Shown: positions 48,087 to 61,300, counted from the first letter of the stretch. The stretch is 64,000 nucleotides of DNA from Scyliorhinus canicula (GCF_902713615.1 NC_052146.1:309830335-309894334), one strand, 5' to 3'. Notes: generated from the letters alone by a model not told the origin. Made by a program: numbers and translations.

Positions 48087-48635
48087 TGTGACAATCCTGA
48101 TTCCTTTGCTGCCAGTCTGGGCTCAAGAAAATTTGAGACGGATTTACAGGTATCAATTATTGTTTATATTAACCAGCTAGCTGGGTGACTCACTCTATTG
48201 GGAGAGCAGGACACCACCAGTCCCCAGCCTCTTCAAAAGCCAGAGTGCAGGACAAAGGAAAAACATCTCATTTCATATACATTCAAGTTGCATCAAGTTT
48301 CACATACAGACGACCAAATAAGGCAACGGTACAAATGCAAAGCTCCCATAGGTTTTCCCGATTTCTCCAGACGATCACCTCTCCTCTGCGAAATCAGAAT
48401 TGGACTGATCTCGGAAGGGGAAAGAGGAAATGGGTCCACAATGTGAGTAGCTGGAAAATTGCCATGTCGATTTTCCTCTCTCTCGTATTCTGCTAACAGT
48501 CTAATCACTCGCATTTGATCAGGTAAGATGGTCTCGATGAAATCAAAGGTCAGTCTGGCGGATTTGAAGAATTAATTTCAGTCGATGCAGGTACGGCTGA
48601 GGGGTTGAACATGATTGTGTGAATACGGAGTAACA
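48087..48635 (-). mobile_element. Solo-LTR-like element (TGTTAC...GTCACA)
   Basis: TG...CA termini. Its 3' ~270 bp is nearly identical to 57693-57965 in the opposite orientation. No clear TSD. Confidence 0.55.
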
Positions 48636-49394
48636 ATTCAGCTGATGTGCAAGTTAGGTGGATTGGACATGATAAATTGCCCTGAGTGTCCAAAATTGCC
48701 CTTAGTGTTGGGTGGGGTTTCTGGGTTATGGGGATAGGGTGGAGGTGTTAACCTTGGGTAGGGTGCTCTTTCCAGGAGCCGGTGCAGACTCGATGGGCCG
48801 AATGGCCTCCTTCTGCACTGTAAATTCTATGATCTATGGTGACTGTTGGAATGTTGCCTAGTCAGTCAGTTGCATGTGAGTTGAAAATTAAAATTGGTTA
48901 TATTAAATTACACTTTAATTCGGTTAAGGTCTTTAACAGGTTGATGGAATGTCATAGAGACAATTCAGTAAAGACCACTGATGGAATGTTCTGGAGACAA
49001 TTCAATTCCGTACAATTAGAATTGGCTAAGTTAAAATTTATTGTTGGGAGATATTTTTTTTTGAGTGAAACAAAGAATTGGGAGATGAATGGCCACTAGG
49101 GGGAACCAGAGACTTGGGAAGTTTAGAACCGTATGGGAGAGCTCTCAGGATTTGCTAAAATTCTATTCTGGTTTCTTTGAAAAATTCAAACTTTTATTGT
49201 TCGGTTAGTTGAGATGAATGAAAGTATAATGATTTGAATTCCTTTTGTTTGAATGGAAATCTCCAACGAATGAATGAGTCCGTTTAATAAGAATTTGTGA
49301 ACATCCTCTGGTATTCCTAGTTTTTAAAATGTTGTGTTTTGCAAAACGAAGTTGCACATCAATTAAGAGGTATACTTCTACTTCAACGAAGTAG

Positions 49395-52245
49395 GAGGTT
49401 CTACTTCTACTTCAACGCCAGGAGCATCCGGAATAAGGTGGGTGAGCTTGCAGCATTGGTTGGTACCTGGGATCTCAATGTCGTGGCGATTTTGGAGACA
49501 TGGGTAGAGCAGGGACAGGAATGGTTGTTGCAAGTTCCAGGATTTAGATGTTTCTGTAAGAACAGAGAAGATGGTAAAAGAGGGGGGGTGTGGCATTGTT
49601 AATCAAGGAAAGTATTACGGAGGTAGAAAGGACGTTTGAGGACTCGTCTACTGAGGTAGTATGGGCCGAGGTTAGGAACAGGAGAGGGGAGGTCACCCTG
49701 TTGGGAGTTGTCTGTAGACCTCCAAATAGTTCCAGAGATGCAGAGGAAAGGATTGCAAAGATGACTCTCGACAGGAGCGAGAGTAACAGGGTAGTTGTTA
49801 TGGGGGACTTTAACTTTCCAAATATTGACTGGAAATACTATAGTTCAAGTACTATAGATGGGTCAGTTTTTGTGCAGTGTGTGCAGGAGGGTATTCTGAC
49901 ACAGTATGTAGACAGGCCAACAAGGGGCGAGGCCACATTGGATTTGGTACTGGGTCATGAACCCGGCCAGGTGTTAGATTTAGATGTAGGTGAGCACTTT
50001 GGTGATAGTGATCACAATTCGGTTATGTTTACTTTAGCAATGGACAGGGATAGGTATATACCGCAAGGCAAGAATTATAGCTGGGGGAAAGGCAATTATG
50101 ATGCTATTCGGCAAGATTTAGGAGGTATAGGATGGAGAAGGAAACTGCAGGGGATGGGTACAATCGAAATGTGGAGCTTTCTCAAGGAACAGCTACTGCG
50201 TGTCCTTGATAAGTATGTACCTGTCAGGCAGGGAGGAAGTTGTCGAGCAAGGGAACCGTGGTTTACTAAGGAAGTTGAAGCACGTGTCAAGAGGAAGAAG
50301 AAGGCTTATGTTAGGATGAGACATGAAGGCTCAGTTAGGGCACTTGAGATTTACAAGTTAGCCAGGAAGGACCTAAAGGGAGAGTTAAGAAGAGCGAGGA
50401 GAGGACACGAAAAGACGTTGGCGGATAGGATCAAGGAAAACCCTAAGGCTTTCTATAGGTATATCAGGAACAAAAGAATGACTAGAGTAAGATTAGGGCC
50501 AATCACGGATAGTAGTGGAAAGTTGTGTGTGGAATCAGAGGAGATAGGGGAAGCGTTAAATGGATAGTTTTCGTCAGTGTTTACACTGGAGAAAGACAAT
50601 GTTGTCGAGGAGAATACTCAGGTTCAGTCGACCAGGCTAGATGGAATTGAGGTTCACAAGGAGGAGGTGTTAGCAATTTTGGAAAATGTAAAAATAGATA
50701 AGTACCTTGGGCCAGATGGGATTTATCCTACGATTTTCTGGGAAGCCAGGGAGGTAATTGCAGAGCCTTTGTCCTTGATCTTTATGTCGTCTTTGTCGAC
50801 AGGAATAGTGCCGGAAGACTGGAGGATAGCAAATGTTGTCCCCTTGTTCAAGAAGGGGAGTAGAGACAACCCTGGTAATTATAGACCTGTGAGCCTTACT
50901 TCGGTTGTGGGTAAAATGTTGGAAAAGGTTATAAGAGAGAGGGTTTATAATCATCTTGAAAAGAACAAGTTGATTAGCGATAGTCAACACGGTTTTGTGA
51001 AGGGTAGGTCATGCCTCACAAACATTATTGAGTTTTTTGAGAAGGTGACCAAACAGGTGGATGAGGGTAAAGCGGTTGATGTGGTGTATATGGATTTGAG
51101 TAAGGCGTTTGATAAGGTTCCCCACAGTAGGCTATTGCAGAAAATAAGGAAGTATGGGATTGAAGGTGAGTTAGCGGTTTGGATCAGTAATTGGCTAGCT
51201 GAAAGAAGACAGAGGGTGGTGGTTGATGGCAAATGTTTATCCTGGAGTTCAGTTACTAGTGGTGTACCACAAGGATCTGTTTTGGGGCCACTGCTGTTTG
51301 TCATTTTTATAAATGACCTGGAAGAGGGTGTAGAAGGATGGGTTAGTAAATTTGCAGATGACACGAAGGTCGGTGGAGTTGTGGATAGTGCTGAAGGATG
51401 TTATAGGATACAGATGGACATAGATAAGCTGCAGAGCTGGGCTGATAGGTGGCAGATGGAGTTTAATGCAGAAAAGTCTGAGGTGGTTCACTTTGGAAGG
51501 AGTAACAGGAATGTAGAATACTGGGCTAATGGCAAGATTCTTGGGAGTGTAGATGAACGGAGAGATCTCGGCATCCAGGTACATAAATCCCTTAAAGTTG
51601 CCACCCAGGTTAATAGGGCTGTTAAGAAGGCATATGGTGTGCTAGCCTTTATCTGTAGGGGGATTGAGTTTCGGAACCACAAGGTCATGCTGCAGCTGTA
51701 CATAACTCTGATGCGGCCGCTCCTGGAGTACTGCGTGCAGTTCTGGTCACCACATTGTAGGAAGGATGTGAAATCTTTGGAAAGCGTTCAGAGGAGATTT
51801 AATAGGACGTTGCCTGGTATGGAGAGAGGGTCATACGAGGAAAGACTCAGGGACCTGAGGTTGTTTTCATTAGAGAGGAGAAGGCTGAGAGGTGACTTAA
51901 TAGAGCCATATAAGATAGTCAGAGGGTTAGATAGGGTGGACAGTGAGAATCTCTTTCCTCAGATGGTGATGACCAACACGAGGGGACATAGCTTTAAATT
52001 GAGGGGTGGTAGATATAGGACAGATGTCAGAGGCAGTTTCTTTACTCAGAGAGTAGTAGGGATGTGGAACGCCCTGCCTGCAATAGTAGTAGACTCGCCA
52101 ACTTTAAGGGCATTTAAGTGGTCCCTGGATAGACATATGGATGAAAATGGAATAGTGTAGGTCAGATAGGCTTCAGATGGTTTCACAGGTCGGCGCAACA
52201 TCGAGGGCCGAAGGGCCTGTACTGCGTGTAATGGTCTATGTTCTA
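49395..52245 (+). mobile_element. 5'-truncated CR1/HER1-type LINE ORF2 (APE-RT), young
   Basis: Long ORFs 49590-50567 and 50577-52160 (KFADDTK), separated by a single break. Intact 3' tail. Confidence 0.93.
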
Positions 52246-52249
52246 TATA

Positions 52250-55200
52250 CTTGGCCGTTAAAGTGAGATTTAAAACGGGGTATGTATTTGAAAGTTCTTT
52301 AGAAAATCAGTAATAATGATTAACATTCTGGCAGTTAATTAGAACATAATTCTCAGGAAGTAAACAAAAAGCAAAATCAAAATGTATAAATTGGGATTTG
52401 TAAATGATTTGTTTCAACTTGGCATTGTCTTGGCTGCTAAAAAAATTAATTAAGAAATAAGAGAACAAAGGAATCTAAATTGAAATGTGAAGATTAGGCA
52501 TTCGGTGTGTGCCATGTGCTCCTTTGTTAGAGGCAGCCATGATGTACCGACAATTAAACATTTTGTTCAGTGTGTTCCAAATTTGTAGAGATTTCAGTAT
52601 TTTCTCTGGAAACTCACTAAACATCAAATTTACTGATCGGGGATTTTCATACAGCAAAGACTATGGATTTTTTTTTGGACTACATTGCAGATGGGGCTTT
52701 AAGGAATAAAGATATGGGACCGGAGCTTAGATTAGGAGTATTACTTGCAGTATCAGGAAATAAGAATCTGATGGCATTAATAAAAATAGATGTGTAAAAA
52801 AGAAAAAATTAAGATACAAACACCAATTGGTAACTAGATGAGATAAGGAAAGCAAAACTAGTAATACCTTTGGCAGTAAATATTACGTATACTGTAAATT
52901 GCCACAAGGATATGTTAATTCCCTGAACCACTTTCAGGCAATAGAAAGGGAGCTGATTAAACATGATTTGGCTTTAATATATATTGATGATGTGTTAATT
53001 AGAGATGATGATCAGGGGGACACATGTTGAAAGAGTGACCAAAATTATTAAAACACTTAGTGAAGTAGGATTTAAAATAGGGTTAAAGAAATGCCAGATT
53101 GGCAGGAGCGAAGTCGACCATTTAGGGTATTCAGTGTCAAAGGCAGGCAGGGAGGCCAGTGTTGGGATGAGAGAGAAAGTTACTAGAATCACAGCGCCTG
53201 TTTCACGAAACGGGGTTCAGCAAATCATGAGAACTTTGGGGTATTTGAGACACCGATGGAAGAATGGTTATGAGAGTATGCAGGCCCTCTTTTTCCTCAG
53301 AGCACCAAAAGTAATTTGTACTTTTAATCACAGCTGATAGAAGCACAGGGGAAGTTGCATTAGAGAATTGGTCCCCAGTTTAATATGATTCATTGTGAAC
53401 ATAATGAAACATCGTGTCAAAGGTGTGGCACGTCCTCTAGCCCAGTAGTATGGTCAAGGAATAATCATATGAAACCTATGAGAATGACAGATACAGCGTA
53501 GTCAGACGATTTGATATTGCATTTAGAACAATAGAAATGGGGAAATGCTTCGGATCAAAGCAATACTGGTGATTGAAGTTTGTGATGACCTGGGGATGTA
53601 AAATTAGCCTAACAGTGCTTAGAGACTGTATCACTGCAATGATGCCGTGCCACAGGATAGATCATATCCCCCAACCACTCGGTCAAGGGAAAAAGGAATG
53701 TTTGGGTGTGGGTGTGAGGATGCCAGTGAATTGAAACCAGTTAGCAGCATCAATAGGACAGGTGATACAGTGAAAATGTCATGTTCGGAACTTAACTTTC
53801 AAAAAATCCTGTCACAATCAGAATTTAAAACATTGAAGTAGATTAGCAATATCCGAAATATAGCAGGGAAAGTTTCGACCTGATTGAATCACTGAGTTAG
53901 AAAAAGAGGAATGGTGGAAATGGAAATCTGGAAGTCCTGGAGAGGATACTTCTGGAATATCCAAGCAAACATAGGAAGATACAAATCAAGAAATAGGGCC
54001 CTCTCCGCCTTTGACCTGTTCATTTGGGTTTCAGATGAAGCAACAATAATACAGATGACGAACCTGAACAACACTCTGGAGAAGAATGTGTCAGACAGTA
54101 TAAAAAAAAACTAATGATACAATTGGCTACATATTTGTGGGAATTAAATGATAGAGCCCGGAAGAAAAACCTTACGGGTTAGCAACAAATCAAAATATCA
54201 AATTATTACTGAATAGTGAAACCTCCGGTCAGACATCTCTAACTGGACGTTAGTTGATGGATGATCTGTGGTCTCCAGGAGGGGCGTATTACACGGTGGA
54301 GTTATTAAGGGTCTCGGCAAACAGCAGCGACTGACGAGGAACCCCCGTATTTTAAATGACAATAGTTTAATAAACTTGGCAGCTTGCTGCCATGAGGGGA
54401 AATTTGTTACCAATGCAGCAACCAATATAGCATTGGAGACTTTCACAGTCATTACAGACGAAATGTCCTGTAAGTTGTGAGGGACTGTTATGTATGGATT
54501 CAACTGGGTTGTAACCACAAAAAGTTAACTGTATTAAATGTGCAAGTGGTGTTATTAAAAAAAAATGAATAACGACAAGTATACACTTCATGCTGTAAGG
54601 AAAATGATAACAGACAAAAGGAGTTTAAAGAAAACTGAGCTATTGTCTCAAGTAAGCCAGGGCTGGCAGGCTACATGGTTCAGTACAATGTTCAACGTCA
54701 GTGTAAGGAAGTCAGGAATAGAAACAGGATCGGTTGAAGCTCTTGCAATTAATAAAGCAAGATAATCAGTAGATAATACATGATATCATAATATTCCATT
54801 CCCATGAGAAACGGAAAGCACTTCCTACATTAAAATAAAACCCAGTGAGGGATAGATTATCATAGAATTTACAGTGCAGAAGGAGGCCATTCAGCCTTTT
54901 GGTCACTGATGGACTGAGTTGTGTGCTGTTTCTAAGGGATATGAGGAAGCTTTTACTGTGCTCCTACCCCAAGGTAGTCAGATGCCTTGGAGGTAGTGGG
55001 ACACACGGATATAGCTATTGTGTTACCTTCCTGAGCGGTGACAGCTATGGTTCACGGTGATTGGACTTGAGGAAAGCAGAACACAAAGGATCTATCGACA
55101 CTGGTCTGTGAGATGGATGCATTTACCATTGATTTCCGTGCACAGTTTACAAATCATGACATACAAATGACAAGGATGAGGGATAGTTGCTAGTCAGTAC

Positions 55201-55380
55201 AACTATAAGAGGGATATAAACCCTACAGCAGGATTCAGCTCAGAGTTAGCTCTCATAGCTTGGTCATGGGGTTTTACCTGATGCATGGATTAATAATACT
55301 TGTTATTATAATTGTATACTGTATAATCATTGGATGCCTCAATATGTGTTGTAAGCTGGCTATGGCTCAGATGATGCCGA
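52250..55380 (+). mobile_element. Degenerate endogenous retrovirus with spuma/loki-like RT (52866-53250) and env-like remnants (~53400-54770)
   Basis: KLPQGYVNS...IYIDDVLI...GFKIGLKKCQIGRSEVDHLGYSVSKAGR. Downstream are Cys-rich, hydrophobic and heptad-like fragments. RNase H and integrase are absent. Confidence 0.6.
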
Positions 55381-55399
55381 TAGACTTGGCCCATCATTA

Positions 55400-57434
55400 C
55401 TCACCAAGATGACATCCCGTTACTGGTGGCCATCACACCAGAAGGAAGCTGGACGGAGAGCCAGAGGCTGTAAAAAAGTGATGAGGTGCTTATGTACGGA
55501 ATACCAGCTCAGTGAAGTTCTGATAACGGGCCCCATTTTATTGGACAGATTAACGAGGAGTTCTGCTCCCAGTTGAGTATACGCCAGCAGTCCACTGTGC
55601 GTACTGGTCACAGACGGCCGGGTTGGTTGAGAGACACAATCAGACCCTCAAAACCAACATGGCCAAATTACGAGTGGACAGGGGGTTAACATGGTTTAAG
55701 TTGCCCCCCGTTGCCCTCTTACAGCTGCGGGTCACATCTGCGGGATCGGCCTGGCTCTCTCCTGCCGAGATCATTTATGGCAGGCCCATTAGAACCCCCT
55801 GCTACCTGCCTGTTCCCAGACTGGCCCAGTTTCACCATATGACTGAAGAAAGGACTATGTTCTAGCCCTCACTACAGCCCTCAAGGAACTCCATAGCCAG
55901 GTTTGAGCAGCTCACCCGTCACCGTCCCCATTACATAGCTCGCTTGAAAAATGAAAAATGAAACATCAGTGCAGCCTGGTAGTTATGTCATGGTTAAGAA
56001 CTGGACTCGGAAAGGGTTGGAGCCACAGTGACAGGAGCCCGTCCAAGTTCTCCTTACCACCCCCGCTGCAGTTAAAGTGGAGGGGCTGAGTGCTGGGTCT
56101 ACCTCCACCACTGCAAAATGGTTGGTCACTAACCTGCCCCCTTTCCCCAGCGCTGTTTTACAGGTGTGGAGCATGATGGATTGGATACGGGCCACCTGTG
56201 CTGTCTTCGGCTTTGCCTCACTTGGAACACCATCTATACCTGTAATCCCGACCAAACTACAAGGACATTTCACTTATGCAGAGGTGACGTTCTCCAATAC
56301 CCCCATGTACGAGGGCATAGTATCGACTCATGGTAGGTTATCAAGTTAAAGAACAATGAAGGGCTCATGAAACAATTATATCGGTCCCAGCGATGGGAAG
56401 GGAACATTGCATGTACATTGCCTTGTTTTAGAGTAAATGTACATTTGATTTTGGATGTGATAAGACTGGTGCCATAAAGGTAAATTCAGACCGTGTGGAG
56501 GGGGTAGGAAAAGGTTGATGGGGAGAGAGGAGGAATAGCAAGAGGACAGAACAAGTAAGAAGGGAGGCACAATGAGAACGCAGGTTATCAGGAGGTATAC
56601 TTACTTCACTTAGGACCCAGAACGAAGGGAACCTGGGCAGCATGAATCTCTTCTACAAAATCTACCACCGCATGTATGGCCAGGGACAGGTTGTCTGCTA
56701 CCCGAACCCTGCATCGGTGTCTAGGTTATTGTCCGTCTCACCGCTTTGGGGAACTCCCCAAAATGGTGGTTCACTGTCAGCGTTCCGAACCACCGCACGA
56801 GCAAGTTACCCTTCCTTATGATCCGGGTTCGGCCCCACCAGCTATTTGCCTTCCCCTTCCTCGGGATAACTCCCATTCACAGTATGATAAGCTTCAACGG
56901 TGGGGAGCGTATATACCTAGCCACTTCACTCCCAATAGAGATTCCCGGTCATACGAGAATTGTTTCAGCAGTGAGGGGTACGGCTGTTTGCTGGTAGAGA
57001 TGGAAATGAATATAACCTTTCTGTTCTCCACTTGTACTGATCGGAAGTGTTGCATAACCCTGACATCAGGTCAATGCGTCTGTTACAATGCCACTTGTGT
57101 CCCGCTGAAGGCAGGCCTTCAGCTTTGTGGCTGGGTGAATGTCTCCCATATCACTGTGGGAACTAGGGCTTTCCGCATTGCTAGGAAGGCCGAATGGGCA
57201 TTCCAAAGCTGGATAAACTGGGCTACTGGGGGATTCCTGCTCAACCGATATACTGATTGTGATGCTAGCCTGTATACGGATCAAGGATACTACTTCTTTA
57301 ATGGCACAGCGACCAATGTTTTGTCACCTCCATTTCCCCGCCAAATTGCTATCGGGACTCTAGTCCCTACCACAGTCCCCTGCCCCTCTGCGTGTGAGCA
57401 GTCTCAGCAGAATCCTGCCAGAGGGGAATCCTGA
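55400..57434 (+). mobile_element. Class I (gamma/epsilon-like) ERV remnant: integrase C-terminal half plus env SU-like ORF
   Basis: DNGPHF, LVERHNQTLK, SPAEIIYGRP and VLLTTPAAVKVEG motifs. Cys-rich ORF 56676-57434. Confidence 0.75.
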
Positions 57435-57692
57435 GCACAGCTAGGGATTGGACCAATAGGTTATCATGAAATTATAAAAGGAGTGAGAGGAAATGAACAG
57501 AAAGGCATAATGGGTAGTTAGGCCACGTTAGGAGTAAAACTTTACAGCAGTAGAATAAGGAGTTAGGTTAGTGGACTTTTAAACATCAACTGGGATTCAA
57601 GGCAGGAAGAGGGGGATGGGCAGCCACGAAGACCATTTGTTTGTTGCCAGGGATACTGGGAAAAGGAGCCTCAGACCAGGTTAAGGAATATG

Positions 57693-57965
57693 GGGAAAGC
57701 CTATGGGAGCTTTGCATTTGTACCGTTGCCTTATTTGGTCGTCTGTATGTGAAACTTGATGCAACTTGAATGTATATGAAATGAGATGTTTTTCCTTTGT
57801 CCTGCACTCTGGCTGTTGAAGAGGCAGGAGACTGGTGGTGTCCTGCTCTCCCAATAGAGTGAGTCACCCAGCTAGCTGGTTAATATAAACAATAATTGAT
57901 ACCTGCAAATCCGTCTCAAATTTTATTGAGCCCAGACTGGCAGAAAAAGAATCAGGATTGTCACA
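57693..57965 (+). mobile_element. LTR-like 3' segment shared with 48087-48359
   Basis: Near-identical inverted copy ending ggattgtcaca. Confidence 0.6.
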
Positions 57966-59060
57966 TGGTCGCATCCTGCTGATTGGCTGGTTGGAGTTGT
58001 AGAAACACTTCAAACAAAAGTGAGAGAAACAATCGGATATTACCGGCAAAAACTTCCAGAAACAACTCACACTGCAGACCAGCCAAGAATAAACAATTAA
58101 AAATAAACCTAGCGAATCACACAAAATAGTTTCCACACCATTTTATTTATCAGTATATAATAATTCCTGTGTATACAGTCAAGATTTTAATATCAAACTC
58201 TCAAAAAATATTTGTCTCAAAAATGTGAATAAATTGATCCCAAGTATTGTTATTCCTGCAATTTATTTCTTTCCTAATCCTAGTGAATCTGTGACACTGG
58301 GCCCACTGCAGGCTGTGTACTGACAGTATTCCCAATGTTCCCATAGGTGACACATTCCAATGAATGGATGATGAAGGAATGGCTGATGTAAACAATCTGT
58401 ATGGTGTGTGACTGGGAGGTAACTTGGAATTGAAGAACCAGGTCTAATTGTAGACCAGTATCAGCTTCTTCATTAGCAGGGGTGGAGGGAGAGTGTGAAA
58501 TCATTAGCAAATACCCTCCTTATTGACACAGATCCAGGTGATTATTGAAGCAGCGGAAGATGGCTGAGCCTAGGAGACAACTCTGATGTGCTGGGGTTGT
58601 GGTAATTGGCCCTTTGACCACATTTGAATTCCATTCTGCAAGCGCTCCTTGGCGCTATCATCAGCTGGTTTCAAATTGGTCACCAACACCAGTCCGGCTC
58701 CGAATTCTCCAGTGATCTCTGGCCACTCTCCACAGCAACGTGTCCCATTCAAACCCCTTCCCAGGGATCCAGGAGGAGGCAGAGCACAGGTTTCTCTCCA
58801 TCACCGGGGCCTCTAGGGTTGAGCCCAGACTAATCCACATCTCAACAATCTCTCCACAATCCACACTGACACCCAGTGGAAAGGATTAGTCACTGACCAA
58901 TATTTCACAATTATTAGTCCTTAATACTGCAAAGCAAAACCAACAGTTACAAATATTTCCCTCAATGAAAGGAAATGATAAATGCAATGTGCTTTTATGA
59001 CAGAAATGGTTGTAGCAATATTCACAAAGCAAATAATGTCTTCTTAGGCAAATTACAGAC

Positions 59061-59066
59061 TTTATT
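59061..59066 (-). other. Candidate polyadenylation signal of gene B
   Basis: AATAAA on the minus strand just beyond the minisatellite. Alternative sites at 58262 and 58142. Confidence 0.35.
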
Positions 59067-59119
59067 TCATGAACAATGTTCTCAGCCCAGTGTGACATTT
59101 GGGCAATTTCAGTCTCTAC

Positions 59120-60437
59120 AGTAATATCAGGGTGTGTGTGTCCAGTAATATCAGGGTGTGTGTGTCCAGTAATATCAGGGTCTGTGTGTCCAGTAATATC
59201 AGGGTCTGTGTGTCCAGTAATATCAGGGTGTGTGTGTCCAGTAATATCAGGGTGTGTGTGTCCAGTAATATCAGGGTCTGTGTGTCCAGTAATATCAGGG
59301 TCTGTGTGTCCAGTAATATCAGATTCTGAGTGCCCAGTAATATCAGGGTCTGTGTGTCCAGTAATATCAGGGACTGAGTGTCCAGTAATATCAGGGTCTG
59401 TGTGTCCAGTAATATCAGGGTCTGTGTGTCCAGTAATATCAGGGTCTGTGTGTCCAGTAATATCAGAGTGTGTGTGTCCAGTAATATCTGGGTCTGTGTG
59501 TCCAGTAATATCAGGGTTTGTGTGTCCAGTAATATCAGAGTTTGTGTGTCCAGTAATATCAGGGTTTCTGTGTCCAGTAATATCAGGGTTTCTGTGTCCA
59601 GTAATATCAGGGTCTGTGTGTCCAGTAATGTCAGGGTCTGCGTGCCCAGTAATATCAGGGTCTGTGTGTCCAGTAATATCAGGGTCTGAGTGTCCAGTAA
59701 TGTCAGGGTCTGTGTGTCCAGTAATATCAGGGTCTGAGTGTCCAGTAATATCAGGGTCTGTGTGTCCAGTAATATCAGGGTCTGTGTGTCCAGTAATATC
59801 AGGGTCTGAGTGTCCAGTAATATCAGGGTCTGAGTGTCCAGTAATATCAGGGTCTGTGTGTCCAGTAATATCAGGGTCTGAGTGTCCAGTAATATCAGGG
59901 TCTGAGTGTCCAGTAATATCAGGGTCTGAGTGTCCAGTAATATCAGGGTCTGTGTGTCCAGTAATATCAGGGTGTGTGTGTCCAGTAATATCAGGGTCTG
60001 TGTGTCCAGTAATATCAGGGTCTGAGTGTCCAGTAATATCAGGGTCTGTGTGTCCAGTAATATCAGGGTCTGTGTGTCCAGTAATATCAGGGTCTGAGTG
60101 TCCAGTAATATCAGGGTCTGAGTGTCCAGTAATATCAGAGTCAAGAGTGTCCAGTAATATCAGGCTCTCAGTGTCCAGTAAAATCAGGGTCTGTGTGTCC
60201 AGTAATATCAGGGTCTGGGAGGGTCTGTGTGTCCAGTAATATCAGGGTCTGTGTGCCCAGTAATATCAGGGTCTGTGTGTCCAGTAATATCAGGGTCTGG
60301 GATGGTCTGTGTGCCCAGCAATATCAGGGTCTGGGAGGGTCTGTGTGCCCAGTAATATCAGGGTCTGGGATGGTCTGTGTGCCCAGCAATATCAGGGTCT
60401 GGGAGGGTCTGTGTGCCCAGTAATATCAGGGTCTGGG
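59120..60437. repeat. 24-bp minisatellite (tccagtaatatcagggtctgtgtg), ~45 regular units then longer variant units
   Basis: Direct inspection. It produces the long 8-residue-periodic ORFs on both strands. Confidence 0.98.
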
Positions 60438-60573
60438 ATTTACGATCTCGCTCTGATATTGTTGAGAGATTGAAGCCGTTGAAATGTGCAGGAAATGCAG
60501 AGATGATTGTGATTGGATGGGGTTTTGGTCACTGCTGCTTGTCCCACTGGTTAATTGTTGCTGGTTTTGAGGT

Positions 60574-60690
60574 TTAAGAACGTTGAACAACAGCATACTC
60601 CGCCGTGCTTTCAGTCAGTGATACTGCCGGCTGCCTGGTATCTGGGCAATGGAATCGAAGCTCAGCATATTTACATTCCCCTTCACCTGA
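60574..60690 (-). CDS. Terminal cytoplasmic exon of receptor gene B: SGEGECKYAELRFHCPDTRQPAVSLTESTAEYAVVQRS*
   Basis: Hand translation. Phase-0 acceptor tattggattacag|TCA at 60690 and TAA at 60574-60576. Two YxxL/V motifs 24 residues apart. Too short for the ORF track. Confidence 0.8.
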   Translation of the reverse strand, partial: SGEGECKYAELRFHCPDTRQPAVSLTESTAEYAVVQRS

Positions 60691-61300
60691 CTGTAATCCA
60701 ATAGAAATATTGATCAGTATTTATTTCCACACAGAATGGAAGAATGTCTGTCAACAGATCGAACGGTATTATTATTAATAACTGAATGATTTCTTCTTCT
60801 TTGCCTTTCTCTCTGGAAGGTACTGACTGGCCGCTGGGATGTGTTTTGTATTGACTCGGGTCGCTCTGCTACAGCTGTGAATTTGTGCAGAGCAAGATCC
60901 CACAAATAACAATGTGACAATGACCAATCAGCTTTGGTAACGTTTTTTCGGGATAAATATCACCCAGGACATTAAAGGATGATTCCTCTGCCCATCTTCC
61001 AAATATTCCCAGGGAATATTTTACATTTCATGTCCTTATACCTCAGGGACTGCAGCAGTTCAAGAAGGCAGCTCCCCACCACCTCCTCAATGATAGAATC
61101 CCGCTGCCAGCGAACAGCGCGCGGCCGAGGAACATGCGTCTGGGGGCCCGAGAATCCAGTCCCCAGTGTTAGAATGTAAGTTATTGTTTTCAATGGCATG
61201 ATCTGTCCAAACACCAATCACGCGGAAGAGAATCACATTTTTCGCTTCTCTACAGAGTTTAGGCCCCACGGTGACTTTCTCACGGACGCAGAGGGGCTCA

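Noticed and set aside
681-48835. tRNA-like sequences (A/B boxes)
   Set aside because: All are heads of SINEs followed by SINE core and tail, not tRNA genes.
49590-52160. Largest ORFs (325 and 527 aa) as a possible host gene
   Set aside because: Standard CR1 ORF2 (APE and RT), 5'-truncated and broken, with several near-identical copies in the window.
58280-58400. Minus-strand peptide with VTYGNI followed by AATAAA
   Set aside because: No convincing in-phase acceptor and it lies downstream of gene B's stop. More likely 3' flank.
59076-60423. Long ORFs (387 aa and 342 aa) and a CRISPR-like regular repeat
   Set aside because: A 24-bp tandem repeat without unique spacers. The ORFs are open only because the unit is a multiple of 3. 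The TATTACTG match to YYC codons is considered coincidental.
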